Below the pieces are notes generated by a model. The model saw only the letters and a list, made by a program, of their open reading frames with translations, was not told the origin of the DNA and made no database searches. From Selaginella moellendorffii (lineage: Eukaryota; Plantae; Lycopodiophyta): 64,000 bases of DNA. Shown one piece after another: positions 12,275-25,674 of the stretch. Position 1 is the first letter of the stretch; each line of letters begins with the position of its first letter. A program made the position numbers and the translations under genes. Where the stretch lies: positions 165,765 to 229,764 of the forward strand of contig NW_003314352.1 in assembly GCF_000143415.4 (NCBI RefSeq), in the 5' to 3' direction.

Positions 12275-13304
12275 ATGGCGTCGCTAGCTGCCGCCGTCGT
12301 GCCATCGCTCGTCGCGTCCTCGTCCAGGCCCCAAATCTGCCACGCTCTCCTCGCCACTGGGCGACAATTCCTCAGGCAGCGCTCGTCCGCGCTCCAGGCA
12401 TCGCCATCCCTGTACAGTAGAAGCTCCGTCTATGGGGCGACCATCTCCAGGGCGCCATCGCGGAGCCTCGCCACAGCCGCGGCGGTCGGCACCACCACCA
12501 CAAAGCCGAGCATCGCGGTCGGGGAGAGGATTCCCGATGGAGAGCTCTCCTACTTCGACGAGAGCGGCGCCATCCAGAGCATCAAGGTGTCGGACCTGAC
12601 GAGCAAGAAGAAGGTGGTGATCTTCNNNNNNNNNNNNNNNNNNNNNNNNNNNNNNNNNNNNNNNNNNNNNNNNNNNNNNNNNNNNNNNNNNNNNNNNNNN
12701 NNNNNNNNNNNNNNNNNNNNNNNNNNNNNNNNNNNNNNNNNNNNNNNNNNNNNNNNNNNNNNNNNNNNNNNNNNNNNNNNNNNNNNNNNNNNNNNNNNNN
12801 NNNNNNNNNNNNNNNNNNNNNNNNNNNNNNNNNNNNNNNNNNNNNNNNNNNNNNNNNNNNNNNNNNNNNNNNNNNNNNNNNNNNNNNNNNNNNNNNNNNN
12901 NNNNNNNNNNNNNNNNNNNNNNNNNNNNNNNNNNNNNNNNNNNNNNNNNNNNNNNNNNNNNNNNNNNNNNNNNNNNNNNNNNNNNNNNNNNNNNNNNNNN
13001 NNNNNNNNNNNNNNNNNNNNNNNNNNNNNNNGCCTGCGTCTCCGTGAACGATGCCTTCGTCATGAAGTCGTGGGGCGAGGCGCTGGGCGTCAATGGCAAG
13101 ATCCTCATGCTGTCCGACGGCAATGGCAAGTTTACCCGCGATCTGGGAGTGACCGTGGATCTTTCGGACAAGGTGGAGGGATTGGGAGTGAGGTCCCGGC
13201 GCTACTCGCTACTGGCCGAGGATGGGATCGTCAAGGTGTTGAATCTCGAGGAGGGTGGTGCCTACACGGTGAGCAGCGCCGACGAGATCCTCAAGGCACT
13301 CTAA
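12275..13304 (+). CDS. Plastid type II peroxiredoxin (PrxIIE-like); active-site region lies in N gap 12626-13031
   Basis: Transit peptide, [22 protein letters not shown]...[36 protein letters not shown]. Confidence 0.9.
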
Positions 13305-13506
13305 GCTCCAAGAGCTACATACGAGGTGATAGAACTCCGTTTTACTTCGTTTTTGGCTTTGATAGATGATCGAGCGAGCCTAGAGTTGGAAGCTTTCTTT
13401 CGCAAAATAAAGACTTTTAGCAGGACGATGAAGTTCTTGCGTGATCATCGGAAGTTTCTTTCGAATCAAAGAATGGCTTTTATTTCCTTGCGAGATCACG
13501 AAACAA

Positions 13507-14639
13507 TCAGCATCCATGTTGTCCAGCAGCCGCTCGATCCACGTACCATACCAGGTTTCCATCATGAGGCAAGATCATCTGCGCCGGCAACTCCCCAGCC
13601 GGGAGCTCCTCCCCGAAAACTCGCGCCACCATCTCCGCCTTGGAGGCCCCCGACGCGACGAACACGACGTTGGCGGCCGCGTTGATCACCGGCAGCGTCA
13701 TGGTGATGCGCTGGGGTGGCGGCTTTGGCGAATCGGCGATGGAGCACACCCATCGCTGCCTCTCCTGGATCAGCGGATGGTTTGGGAAGAGCGACGCGAT
13801 GTGGCCGTCGGGTCCCATCCCCAGGAGGATGAGATCGAATCGGGGAAGTCCCTGCTGCGATGTGTCGAGGATCCCCGTCTGGATGGAATGCGCGATCAAG
13901 GCCTGGTAGTCGTCGGCGGCGGCCTCGGCGTCGAGAGCGTCATTGATGGAGTAGACTTGAGACACTGGAATCGTCACCTTGGATGATCCAAGAAGAAAAA
14001 ACCAAGTGTTGGAAGCTAGCTGCAAAGATTCTGGAGGAATTCTCTACCTTGGAGAGGAAGAGATCGTGCGCGAGCTTGTAGCTGCTGTCCGGATCATCCT
14101 TGCGGACCACGCGCTCGTCCACCCAGAAGACATGCCATCGGCTCCAATCGATCTGGTCCACGACCGGCGCTTGCGCAAGCTTCCTGAATCGATCGATCCC
14201 TCGTGAATTTCGCCGAACAAAAGGAGATCATCACTTACGTGAGGGCCGAGACGAGCGATCCTCCCGACAGCACAACAGTGAATGCGCCCTTCCTCTCGAT
14301 CGATGCAGCCGAGAGCTTGCTGATGTGATCCGCCAGCCCCTCGGCGAGCTTGCCGCCGTCGTCGAATGCCTTCAAATGCAGCGAGGGATCGAGCTTGGGC
14401 GCCATTACACCGGACGAAGAGGACGAGAAAGAAGACGCGCCCCCAAAAGATCCAAGAACCCTAGGAGCTCTCCTGGCCGGCAAGCTGGATCGCTTTTCCG
14501 CGAGAAACGTTGCGCGAGCAGGGATTTCGACACGAAATCGCGGCGACAAGCCACGATCGCGATGGCAATGGGGAGAATCGAAGTAGGCGAGGATCGATTG
14601 GGACTGCCGGGGAGAAGAAAGAGCGTGTGGCAGTGGCAT
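13507..14639 (-). CDS. 6-phosphogluconolactonase, plastid-targeted, 3 exons
   Basis: FTVVLSGGSL, WHVFWVDERVV, FDLILLGMGPDGHIASLFP, DSPKPPPQRITMTLPVIN. Confidence 0.92.
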
Positions 14640-15404
14640 GGTGGTCAGCGCTTCTTCAGCCTAGGACCATTGACGACGAAGGTAAACGAATATACAGTGA
14701 GCCTGTAGAATATGCGATCTTCTTTTAAAGGAGCCCTAAAGTGTGAAATGAAAACTAAAGGCAATTGAATTGAAAGAGACAAATCAATCACTTCTGGCCT
14801 TGCTGGCTGCTGTAAGTGTAAAGGTAGCCAGTAAGCCAGTATAGCGAGCGCCAGAGATTGGACGGACGAGATCGCGCGAGAGCTACATCCTGTGGCGTCA
14901 GTCTATCCAACAACAAAATGCCAGCACCAACCCGCAAAAGGAAATGGCGCTTTCACCCTTTAATCCCCTCGGCCGTACGGTGCTTGTAGCTGTACGGAGG
15001 GCCCGGTGATCGGTTCGATTCCAACCACCGGATCATCCAGGGCAAGGGTTTTGCCTTTGGGACAGGCACGAAGAACAGGGGAGGGGATTGATCGCTTTCC
15101 GACGGGGTTCTTGCCGCGATCGAGAGAGATCGCAGCTGGAAGGGAGCGGCGTAGCGAGCGCTGCGCAACGCCGTCGCGCCATTCAATCCAGGAGGTTTGT
15201 CGGCGAGGTCGGGATTTGAGAGGATTATGAGGAGGGAGGGGGTGTGCGCTAGCGCTCGACTGTTCTTGGTCGGGTTTGAGTCGTCGCCGGTGATGACACG
15301 CATCGGCATTGTGCGCTTGATGTGATTGGCGCGTCTTCCATCGCCAATTCAAAGGCAGGCAGAAGGAACAAAAGGGAGAGAGAGACAGATAGAGAGACTT
15401 TGAA

Positions 15405-15405
15405 G

Positions 15406-15438
<33 letters not shown>
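15405..15438 (+). repeat. (CT)n microsatellite upstream of the NPH3-like gene
   Basis: Direct CT tract. Confidence 0.8.
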
Positions 15439-15439
<1 letters not shown>

Positions 15440-15570
15440 CACACCCACAGGGAAGCGCGAGGAAATCTACTGGAGAGCCTATTTTTTGCTCGAGATTCCA
15501 GGCTCTGCCAGATCACTCACTCCGGAGGGTTTTTCTCCTCTCCCGGCAGTTTTTCTCGCACAGCATTCGA

Positions 15571-17919
15571 ATGGCGGCGAGTATGAAGCTGGGCTCCAAG
15601 AGCGAGGGATTTCTTCGCAGAGGCCAAGCATGGTAAGCTTGGAATTGCTAGATCTCTCGCCCCATTGTCTCCTCCTTTTCCTTGCGCAGGTTTTGTACGA
15701 CCGGTCTTCCCAGCGATGTGGTTGTCCAAGTCGACGAAATGACATTCCACCTTCACAAGGTTCTATTCTGGATTTCTTATCCAATTGTTCTGATCCATGT
15801 CTCTTGTAGTTTCCTCTCATGTCCAAGAGCGGGCTTCTCGAGAAACTCATCACCGAGTCCTTAGAGAGCCGCGATCAACTTAGAAACGAAGATGACGAAG
15901 ACGAGGACGATGAAGAGCAGCGTGGCTGCGTCGTTCAGCTCGCTGGCATCCCTGGCGGCACCGAGTCCTTCGAGCTAGCCGCAAAGTTCTGCTACGGCGT
16001 CAAGCTCGAGCTCACCGCCAGCAACATTGTCCCGCTCCGTTGCGCCGCCGAGCACCTGGAGATGACCGAGCAGCTTGGCGAAGGCAATCTCATCGTCAAG
16101 GCCGAAGGCTTTCTCAACCAAGTGGTGCTCCGCAGCTGGAAGGACTCGGTGCGGGCGCTTCAGTCGTGCGAGAAGGTGCTCGAGCAGGCGGAGAAGCTCC
16201 AGATTGTCAAGCGGTGTGTGGATTCCATCTCCAGTAAGGCGTGCACGGATCCGAGCTTGTTCGGGTGGCCGCTCATGGATCACCACCTCACCATGCAAAG
16301 CCCCGGCGGCAGCGTCCTCTGGAACGGGATTAGCACCGGGGCTCGGCCGAGGAACTCTCGCAGCGACTGGTGGTACGAGGACGTCGCGTCGTTGAGCTTG
16401 AGCATGTTTGAGCGGCTGGTGGCGGCGATGGAAGTTCGCGGATTGAAGCCCGAGATCGTCGCTGGAGCAGTGATGAGTTACGGAAAACGCTACCTCCCTG
16501 GATTAAACCGGCGCAGAGGCGAAGGTGGCGGAGGCGGTGGCGGCGGCGGTGGAAGTAGAAGGAGTGGACTCTACTCGGCTCCCGTCACCACGCTCTCTGA
16601 GGTGGATCAACGAATTCTACTCGAGACCATCCAGCGGCTTCTTCCGGCTCAGAAAGGAGTCGTCCCCGTCCGATTTCTCTTCGGCCTGCTCAAGCTGTCG
16701 ATGCTCCTGGGTGCAAGCAGCGATTGCAAGGCGAGCCTGGAAGCGAGGATTGGTATGCAGCTGGAACAGGCCGGGCTGGACGACCTCCTCATGCCGAACT
16801 ACTCGTACACAGTGGAGACCCTCTACGACATCGACGTCGTCCAGCGGATCGTGGAGCATTTCCTGAGCAGCGATGGTGGTGGATCGTCCGTGAACACGCT
16901 GGGGAACCTGGTGAGCCTGTCGTATGATCACGACGGCTCGCCAAACAATGGAGCGGTGACGCCAATGATGCAAGTCGCCAAGCTCATGGACGCGTACCTC
17001 GCGGAGGTGGCACCGGACGTGAATCTCAAGATGGGGAAGTTTCAGGCTCTGGCGGAATCGCTGCCCGAGTACGCGAGGCTGGTGGACGATGGTCTGTACC
17101 GTGCGATTGATATCTATCTCAAGGTAAGTTCTTCGTGCCACCTCCTTCGTGAGTTTCTTCTATAACTTTGGTTCTTGGTTCCAGGCTCATCACTGGTTGA
17201 CGGAGCTAGAGCGCGAGAAGCTGTGTCGCACCATGGATTGCCAGAAACTTTCGCTCGAGGCGTGCACTCACGCCGCTCAGAACGAGCGCCTGCCCCTCCG
17301 CGTCGTCGTCCAGGTGCTGTTCTTCGAGCAGCTGCAGCTCCGGACCGCCATCGCCGGCTGCTTCCTCGTGTCCGAGAACGTGGAGGCGTCGCGGCCAGCT
17401 TACCAGAACCCACGCGACGCTGCCAGTGGCGCCGCCGCCGCCGCCGCCGCTGCATCGAATCGAGCAGCAGCAGGAGGAGGAGGTGGTGGAGAAGGCTGGG
17501 CGAATGTACTACGCGAGAACCAAGTGATGAAGGTGGACATGGATCGGATGAGGAGCCGCGTGATCGAGCTGGAGAAGGAGTGCACGCAGATGAGGCAGGA
17601 GATTGAGAAGATTGGAAACGGGAAGAGCGGCGGCGGTGGCGGCGGCGGCGGCGGCGGCGGGGGTGGAGTGAAGAGCAGTCACGCCGTGCTCGCGGCGTCG
17701 ATGATGTCGAGCTTCTCGCTGGCCAAGAAGCTGGGCTGCCGATCGAAGCCGCACGCGCTAAAGCCGCAGGACGTGATGAAGCCGCCACAGCCAGCGCCGC
17801 CGCCAGAGGATGATCTTGATGAAGGATCGCTCAAGGCGGCGGCGGCGGCGGCGAGGGCGGCGGGGGTGGCGGCTCCTCAAGTGAGGCGGCGGCATCGGCG
17901 AACCCATTCACTGGTTTGA
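15571..17919 (+). CDS. BTB/POZ-NPH3 (NRL family) protein; introns 15633-15689, 15760-15809, 17124-17184
   Basis: [60 protein letters not shown], and a C-terminal RxS-type tail. Confidence 0.94.
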
Positions 17920-18393
17920 TGCTTACTTTCTCCTCTCGTGTTCTCGTGTTCTTCTCGTGTGCTCTGTTTTAGGGCTATTAAAATTGCCGCGAAATATTTT
18001 AAATTTAGACTCGTTAGCCTGGCGCTAAATGGTCATGTGGCCTAGTTTCACGGCCGTACGCATATAAAGAAGCATGGAGGAGAATGAGCTCTCTCTATCT
18101 CCACCAACCTATCTAATGGAAGACAACAGGAAAGAACAAAAAACCTCTTAAAAAGGGCGAGGAAGAATCCCAACGGAAGAAAGGAAGGTCGGCCTACCTA
18201 CATTGCGCTGTGTGATCAATCGATTCGTCTTCGTGTTTCAATCGAATTTCCATATAATCGTTTGCTCGGTCACCATTTAACTCTCCCTGCTCGATCGATC
18301 GATCCCATGTATCTCATCCATTGCGGGTCGATCAATCGCCAGAGAAGAAAGAACCAAGAAAGGGGAAGGAAGAAAGGGGCTATAATCCATCGA

Positions 18394-18987
18394 TCACATT
18401 GTGTAAAACTCCAAGAGCTCCTCGAGATTGAAGTTGCGCAGCGATGGATCGTCCCGGCTGAGCAGCCACAGGATGTGCTCGAAGAGAATGGCGTCGCAAT
18501 CGAGCAGGATGTCCTCCTCGTACAGCGGCGATTCGCCCGCCCTAAGCCCCGCGGCCACGAAGTTGGATCTCTCGAGCAGGCATTGCACGATGGCGTGGTC
18601 CAGGATCTGGGGCTCTACCTGGAACGCCTGCCGCTCCTCGTCCTCCTTGCCCACCAGGAGCGTCACCAGATTGCTCTTGGCCTTCCTGGCGAATTTGACG
18701 CACGAGAGGAGGCGGTGATCCCCCCTGCGCTGCAGCACCGCCAGCGAGGAATTGGACGCCGCCGCCTCGCCGCCGGGGAGGATGGGCGAGAGGCTCTCCC
18801 TGTACGAGGTGGAGAAGCGCCAGAGCTTGGAAGAAGATCTGAAGAGATCCATGGACGAGTCCTCGTCGCTGCCCGAGCGCCGCCCGCCTCCGCCGCGAAT
18901 CGCATCCAGTTTCTCGATGAGCCGGTTCATCTTCATCCTGGGAGAGATCGAATTGGGGATTGGATTGGAGGGATTCGTGTCTCTCAC
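18394..18987 (-). CDS. SAUR-like (small auxin-up RNA family) protein, intronless
   Basis: LLVGKE..RQAFQV..LDHAIVQCLLERS...CDAILFEHILWLL...LEELLEFY resembles the C-terminus of a SAUR subclade. Confidence 0.7.
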   Translation of the reverse strand: MRDTNPSNPIPNSISPRMKMNRLIEKLDAIRGGGGRRSGSDEDSSMDLFRSSSKLWRFSTSYRESLSPILPGGEAAASNSSLAVLQRRGDHRLLSCVKFARKAKSNLVTLLVGKEDEERQAFQVEPQILDHAIVQCLLERSNFVAAGLRAGESPLYEEDILLDCDAILFEHILWLLSRDDPSLRNFNLEELLEFYTM

Positions 18988-19677
18988 GAGGATGGAGATG
19001 GAGGAAAAGCCCTCATTCGCGACGGAGAGATGATAGCATTGTGGCAGAAGAAGATTTTGGAAAGAAATCCAAGGGGAAGGAATCAGAGTGCATTGGACGC
19101 AGCCCTTTGTTATGGAGCTTCTTGCCAGAACGCTAGAGTGACGTCTTCCATAGCCAAAGCCGCGATGGACTCTAGCGGGGTGGACCGATCCTGAGCGTCC
19201 ATTTCCGGCACACGATCTTAGTTAAGCTTGTTTAAAACGATAGCAAAGGGTAAATAACCTCTCCCGGATTAATAGTATGGTTGTCTATGGCCAGCAGAGG
19301 TTCGTGTTTGTCACTCCGGGAATAATTTTCAATATCCCCGAGTAAAACAATAACGTGGTTGATAATCGAGAGCTTTCGAAGTTGCTAGAAGAAGCAAAGG
19401 ACGTATGTTCTTGTTTAAAATGGGAGAACGTCAAACACGGGATTCTGGGCATGCCTACTAAAATTCCTCGCATTTTCCACTCTGGCCTTGGAGCTTCCAG
19501 CCTGACCAGAACAACAAGGTCGAGCATCTTTAGTAACTTCAATCACCTTTAGCAAAGTCCTACCTTGCCTTGTAGTTTCAGCAAGAAAGTATGATCAACC
19601 TCCCGCGTTGTTCACAAAAAAGCGGGGTGAAAGAGTTGAAAAAACAGATGAACGCCTCCTCGCTTGCTATTTAATGG

Positions 19678-22146
19678 TCACTGCGATCGAGGCCGCCGGG
19701 ATCCTGCAAAAATGATCTGCGTTTCATCACCAAAACACGAAACAAAAGTCAAGATAACGTACCTGACATGATGTGCTGAAGCATTGTTTCCTGGATGTTG
19801 TCGTAGAACATCGTTCCAAACCGAGAGATGGCAGGGGTGCTTGGCAGCGACGCCACAACGTCTTGGCCTTTCACCATCTGTGGCCCTCGCTTGAACTCGA
19901 GAATGGATTTCCTGGTGGTGAAGTCGTGCTTGGCAGCCAAGGTGATGAGCGCCGACCATCGCACTTGGTAGTCCACGATACGCTTCACTTTGATGTAATT
20001 GTCGGAGCAGCGGTAGTAGACGAGCAGCGCGTAGGCGATCGCCGCGAAGTAAGAGACGATGGACTCGTCCGGAGCGTTGAGAAACGAGCAAACAGCGTCG
20101 GGGCGGATGGAGTCGGGCTTGATCATTCCGATGTAGCGCAGCTCGGCCATGATGGTGTCCAGCGGCGCAATGAGCCGAATTGGAAGAGCTCCATACGTCT
20201 GCACCATCTCCAATCTCTTGGACTTGTTCTTCGGCAGGACCGGCTTTGGATCTCGGTTCTCCTTCAAGATGCTCCTGTAGTGCTTCTCAAGCAAGTCCGT
20301 CAAGTGCTGATGAGCCTTGGTTATCTCCTCCGGGATCCCAAGGGCAGACATGTTGTAGAACACAGCGTTCTCGGTGTTGAGTAGCTCTTCCACGGCCAGC
20401 CTTGTCATTCCACTCCTCAACTTGGCAATGGCGAAGTCCCTGACCATATTCTCGGATTTTAGACGGACCATGCTCTTGCACTGTTCCAGGTCCGGGAGCT
20501 CCCGACTTACTTTTCGGAGTCCCAGCATCCACGCATGCAGCGTCAATCTCTTCATCCTGTCCGACCACACCCGCTCACGAAGTTCCCTCAGCTTGACGTT
20601 CCGGAACTTGCTCCTCCGGCGTTTCTCCAACCTTTTTGCTTCTGTCCGGGGATCATACGTCGACTCAGCAGCCGTGATTCTCATCCCAAGGAAAAGCGTC
20701 GACCCGAAGCTTATGTCCACGTACGAAGCGTAGTCTGGCTCCAGATGAAGCTCCGTTTTCATGAACTTTAGTATCAGAGCCTGTATTCTCTCGGCAATGG
20801 CCCTTGACGCCCCGACTCCCACCACAAACTCGTCCAGGTACCGCACGTACTGCAAGTTGATGGGAAGCTCCTTGCTGGCTGGGACTGGATTGGAGCGGAC
20901 GTTGAAAATCGTCCGTCGTCCACGGTCTGCTGGCACCCTCTCCTGCTCCAGAATCATCCGAGAGATCTCGTCGTCCAGCGATCGCAGGTAGACGTGACAG
21001 AGTAGCGGTGCTAAAACGGATCTCCGGACTCCAAGCTCTTCGTGCTCGTACTTATTCTTCGCCAACTGCGGGTTCTTGGCCAGGGTCTTCGGCGAGTACT
21101 TGACGTCCTCGGCAACGGTGGCCTTCACGTCGAACAGCTTGAGTATTAGCTCCACGAAACCTTTGTCTTCGATCTCTTGCTCAAGCATCGAGGCTAGCAA
21201 ATCCGTGTCTATCTTGGCGTAGATGTTGTCGAAGTTAAACTCGAGCAGCCAGCAAACTCCCAGCCACCGGTTACTCCTTACGTCCTCCAACAAAGTGTGG
21301 CACCCTCTGTTGGGACGATACCCGTGAGCTTTTGGGGAGAGCAAAGGCTCGTAGATCTTCTCCAGAGCCATCTGCATGGCCTCTTGGACGATCAAGTCCC
21401 CCACCGGCGGAAATGGACTGGAGAGTGGATGCTTATACTTGCTGTGAAGGCCGTAGTCCAGGAAGAAATCCAAGTTGAAGCTCCTCAAGGGATCCCGCCT
21501 GCCTTTCTTCCAGTAGAACTCGCAGTTGCCCGAGAAGATCTCCGCTCGCTTGGTCCGCATAGCCCAGAGGTTTACGAGGAGAAAGGTGTAGCGGTCGGCA
21601 AGAGTGTGCTGAGTAGCACGAGTTCCAAACTTTCTAAACACGTTCCTGGCGTGGTAGTGTTGAAACTCATAGGCCCCGGCGAGGAGACTCTCGCGCGTCA
21701 ATCTCAGCCAGTTTAGAGGCAGCTCGCCCGATCCAAGCTGTGGAATCTTGAGACCCGGCCTGGCCTTGAGCCTCTGGTAAGCAGCAAGCAATGTGTTCTT
21801 ATCCGAGACAATGTCTATGAGATTCTCGTACCTCCCATTCGGGCCCCGGCACAGCTCCAAGATCCTGTCCAGCCGCCTCCCCTGGCCCTGCGATGGCAAT
21901 GGAATGAGGCCAAAGCAGCCCTCGGCGAGCACGAAATCCAGCGCAGTCTGCTCCACATCCCTCCTGTAGTCTTCATCGCCAGCATCGTCCTGCCCTTGTT
22001 CTTGCACTGCTTCGACCATGGCTTGGGAGAGCGTGCAGTAGCTTGTGCCGCCCAGACCTATACCAAGAATGAGAAATGCTGGATCGATGGAGCTGCCTAC
22101 CAGGCGATCGAGGCCGAGAAATCGCTGCGCGCCACACCCGTGCCAT
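19678..22146 (-). CDS. Nuclear-encoded group II intron maturase (RT + X domain, MatR-like); predicted introns 22058-22100 and 19704-19762
   Basis: NTLLAAYQRLK, IVQEAMQMALEKIYEP, HGYRPNRGCHT, YVRYLDEFVVG and X domain YYRCSDN...VDYQVRWSA..TLAAKH. The spliced N-terminus MARVWRAAISRPRSPG looks like a mitochondrial presequence. Confidence 0.88.
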
Positions 22147-23712
22147 GTTTCTCTAGGGTTTAAGGCATAAACCCTAGAACTTTTTAAACTACAAAGTTTT
22201 AACGAAAAAAATATAAAACAGGAAATATAAAAATTCATTGCAAACTAATCGGATTTTTAGTTGGTTTCACTATCAGGCCTTTGATATGATTAGATGGATT
22301 ATGTGGCTCTGCAAGAAAGTCAAGCCTCAAATGGACAAGAGAGAAAAAGACTTGGAATAGGAAAAAAAAAAAAAGTGGGATTCTCTTGAAAATGTCATCT
22401 ATTCAAAGAACACTACAAATGACGATGATTTTAACAGCGAAGCTTCAGCTCTTGATTTGTGATTAATATAATCGCTTTTGAAAGTAAATCTTGCTCACGG
22501 CATCCTTGTTCCTTTTTCACTGTTCACTATAGGGAGTAAACAAGGTTGTAACTGAGTATCAAAGACTGAAATAGAACAATGTACAAGAAGCTGTGCTCAT
22601 GCGATGGAACTATCAATGAATATAGTTCCTAGCCAGAAAACTTTGATCATATTGGCCATCTCTAAACTCCTTTCATCCATCGTTAGATATTGTTTATTGG
22701 GAACACTCCAATCTAGGCAATCATATGTTTCAAATCTCTGTCACCATCCTCTCCAAAAACTTGTACCTGGAGTATATCGCTGTAGCTCTGGAAGCTGATC
22801 GTGTCGTTGGAATAGATCCCGAGATTAAGAGCCCGGTTTTCATCAACAAGCACGTAAGTTTTCCTTCCTAGATTGTTTAAACTATAGAATTAGAAGATCG
22901 ATCAAAACAATAAGGTAAAATGGCCGGGAGTAAATAACTATAATATAATTGACAAAATTAACTATATATATTATGCAGGCAAAATCAATTACTCTTGCTC
23001 AAGAACCAAGTTCCAATAGCTCTAATTTAGTGATCAAGATCACTAGCATGCTGAGATCATCTCATTCAGCAGATCAAGATACTCTTTGTGTTTGTCATGG
23101 TTATATCTGTAGTATTAAAAACTTGAAGCATTAGAAAGACAGTGAATCTTAAAATCTTTACATGAAAATACAAAAGTAGTGGAATTTAAATAGTTTTAAT
23201 TTTTATATATATATAGCTCTAGCCTCTAACCTCAATCAAACTCAGCAGGAAAAACAAAATGGAATAGAAATGACACTATGTGTCACAATGTATCATGTTG
23301 TATGGCCTTGATTTTCTTATCTTTTATATGATAAAAGTTCCACTTCAAGCATCAGAAACAAAGAAGGTAAACCTGAAAATACAATTGATGAAAAACAAAT
23401 TTAAAAAACATAGCAACATCTATACTTAATGGCTAATCAAATTCTAAAGACATAAATGTTTTGGTAATGATAATATTTTATGATACAATCAAATGAACCT
23501 CACGCTCTAACTTTTGACATAGTGCTCTCTCTTGAATGCTAATTTTCAGATTATTAGCTCTTCTCTGTAGACATTCAAACAAAGGCTTGTCACCGACAAA
23601 AATGGAGAACGTACTAGTTCTCTTGTACTCTTCAGAATTGCAAAGGCCTGGTGAACCAGCCTAGCTCAGTTTCACCTCCTTCAAACACCCCCCTGCATTA
23701 ACCAACAGTCAG

Positions 23713-24597
23713 CTAGCAAAAACAAAAACATTGCTCCGCTCCACTGCTACCTTTCCAATCTCTGGCACAATCAACCCTGAAAACAAAAAGCATGTAAGCA
23801 TTCATCAGCGTACCTGAGAAGCATCCATCAGTCTCATGAATCCAGTAGGCATTGTGATACCTGCTGGCACAAACTTGGTTCATCTTCTTGAAGTCAAGCT
23901 CCACACTCTGGAGCTTGTTCACTATAATCAGCCTCATTTTCCATCTCATGCCATGCCATACCAGGCTTTGAGAATCAAAGACTAGGATCCTTCTCACCCA
24001 ACCACTTGAGCCCAACTTATTACCAATGAAGTACCTACCATTCACTTTCCACATGGCATTTGATGACCATAAGTGGAGTTTCACTAAAATACATACCTAG
24101 GATATGGTGGAGATATAATGTTAGCTATGGTGGGTGGAAGTGAAATAGTCATGATGATCAGTAGATTTGCACCACAAATGTTAGACTGCCCACTGTGCAA
24201 CACTCCCTATGGTCGAAAAAGGCTCCTTAGGATGACACATCCTTCCACATTCACCTCTCCCTATCCAGCACCAACAGTCTGGAATCGTGCCTCACAAGCA
24301 CCCCAATTTGGCCTCCGACTTCCAGCATGTAATTTCATATACCAAGTGTGCACCCATTGGCGTTGCTACTCGCTGCCATATCGTCAACACCTGTGGAGCG
24401 CATTTGCAGTCTCCCCGTTTTCTTGTTCACAGCAGGAGGAGCGTCTGTGGCAGCAGTGTCCCCACCAGCCGCTTGAAGCATGGATCGTTGCGCATCAGCC
24501 GAGTCCAGGCCTTGCACATTGTATCGGCTTTGACATGTTCTCACATGTAGTGGAACTGCATAAGAATGTCTTGTGACCGTGGAAGAACAGGTTCCAT
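23713..24597 (-). pseudogene. Possible degenerate F-box protein pseudogene
   Basis: Manual translation MEPVLPRSQDIL...MCKAWTRLMRNDPCF, ...GANLLIIMTISLPP, ILVFDSQSLVW, with stops and frameshifts. Confidence 0.35.
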
Positions 24598-24773
24598 GTC
24601 ATTGCTATTTTGCTTTGATTGTCACACCTTTCAATGATTGGGCCTCACTATGGATGCCCAAGGTCCTCCAGTAGGTGCTTGCAGCCCCGCAAAGTTGCAA
24701 GCTAAAACTTGTTGTGGATCAACAACCTTTGTTTGTCGCCCAACTTGCATTTGTATAGCCTCCAAGTCAGTCG

Positions 24774-25674
24774 TCAAATAACTAAATTATAATTCATTGT
24801 CCCTTTGAGGTATTGCAGACTGTGCTTTGTGGTCTTGCAATGGTTGGTGCATGGTTTTGCATTGAACTGGCTCAATGCAATAGTTGCATAACAAATGTCT
24901 GGCCTCATCAAAATTGCCATCAAACAGCTGATGAGGAACTTGCTAAGTTCCTCCCTTGCATTCCTTAGGGTCAAAATGCTAGTGACTGTGGGCATCCTCA
25001 CGGGGTGGCATTACCCCATGCCAAAATGGTGTAGAAGATGCTTTATATACTAACTTTAGTGGATCTTCATGGTGGCATTCTTGGAGTACCACTAAATTTG
25101 GATGCCCAAAAAGGTTTGCAATCACCAAGATCTTTCATATGAAAAGTGTTGGTTAGTGTGGCCTTCAATCGTATGATTGCCTGATCATATCAACATAAAA
25201 AGCAACAATGAGTATGTCATCCCTTTCTCCCTCATTGGAGTTAATTGTGTTGTAGTGCTTTATCAAATTTGTGATACCAAATATGGGATAATTGTTTCAA
25301 TCTATACAAAGCTTTTTGAAGCTTCTGGAGCTTTGTCATGATCTGCATGACTAGGAAAACCCACAGGGATATATATGAACAGCTAGCTCACTGTGGAGAA
25401 AAGTAATTTTAACATCCATTTGGTGAACTCTTCAATCCTTGGCATTTGTAGTGGTAAGGATGGTTTGTATGTAGTCATCTTCATGACTGGAGAGAATGTC
25501 TTGTCATAATTGACACCTTTCACTTGTGTAAATGCTTTTGTGATGAGATAAACCTTGTAATGATACTGATCCATCATGTGATCATGAGTTTGTTAAAACA
25601 CCCATTTAAAGTCCACAAGCTTGCACCCACTTGGAGCATCACATATTTCAAATGTTTGATTATCAACAAGAGAA
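24774..25674 (-). mobile_element. Ty1/Copia reverse transcriptase relic, interrupted by element A and resuming at about 45118
   Basis: KAFTQVKGVNYDKTFSPV and RPDICYA...LSQF...LQYLKGT. The reading EIDS|LVDNQTF joins across the A insertion. Confidence 0.8.

Noticed and set aside
12146-13369. 407-aa ORF through the N gap
   Set aside because: Artefact of translating Ns. The real gene is the peroxiredoxin, whose halves are in different apparent frames because the gap length is an estimate.
18262-19194. 310-aa plus-strand ORF and other long antisense ORFs over GC-rich genes
   Set aside because: Shadows of real opposite-strand genes (here the SAUR-like gene), with no recognisable domains.
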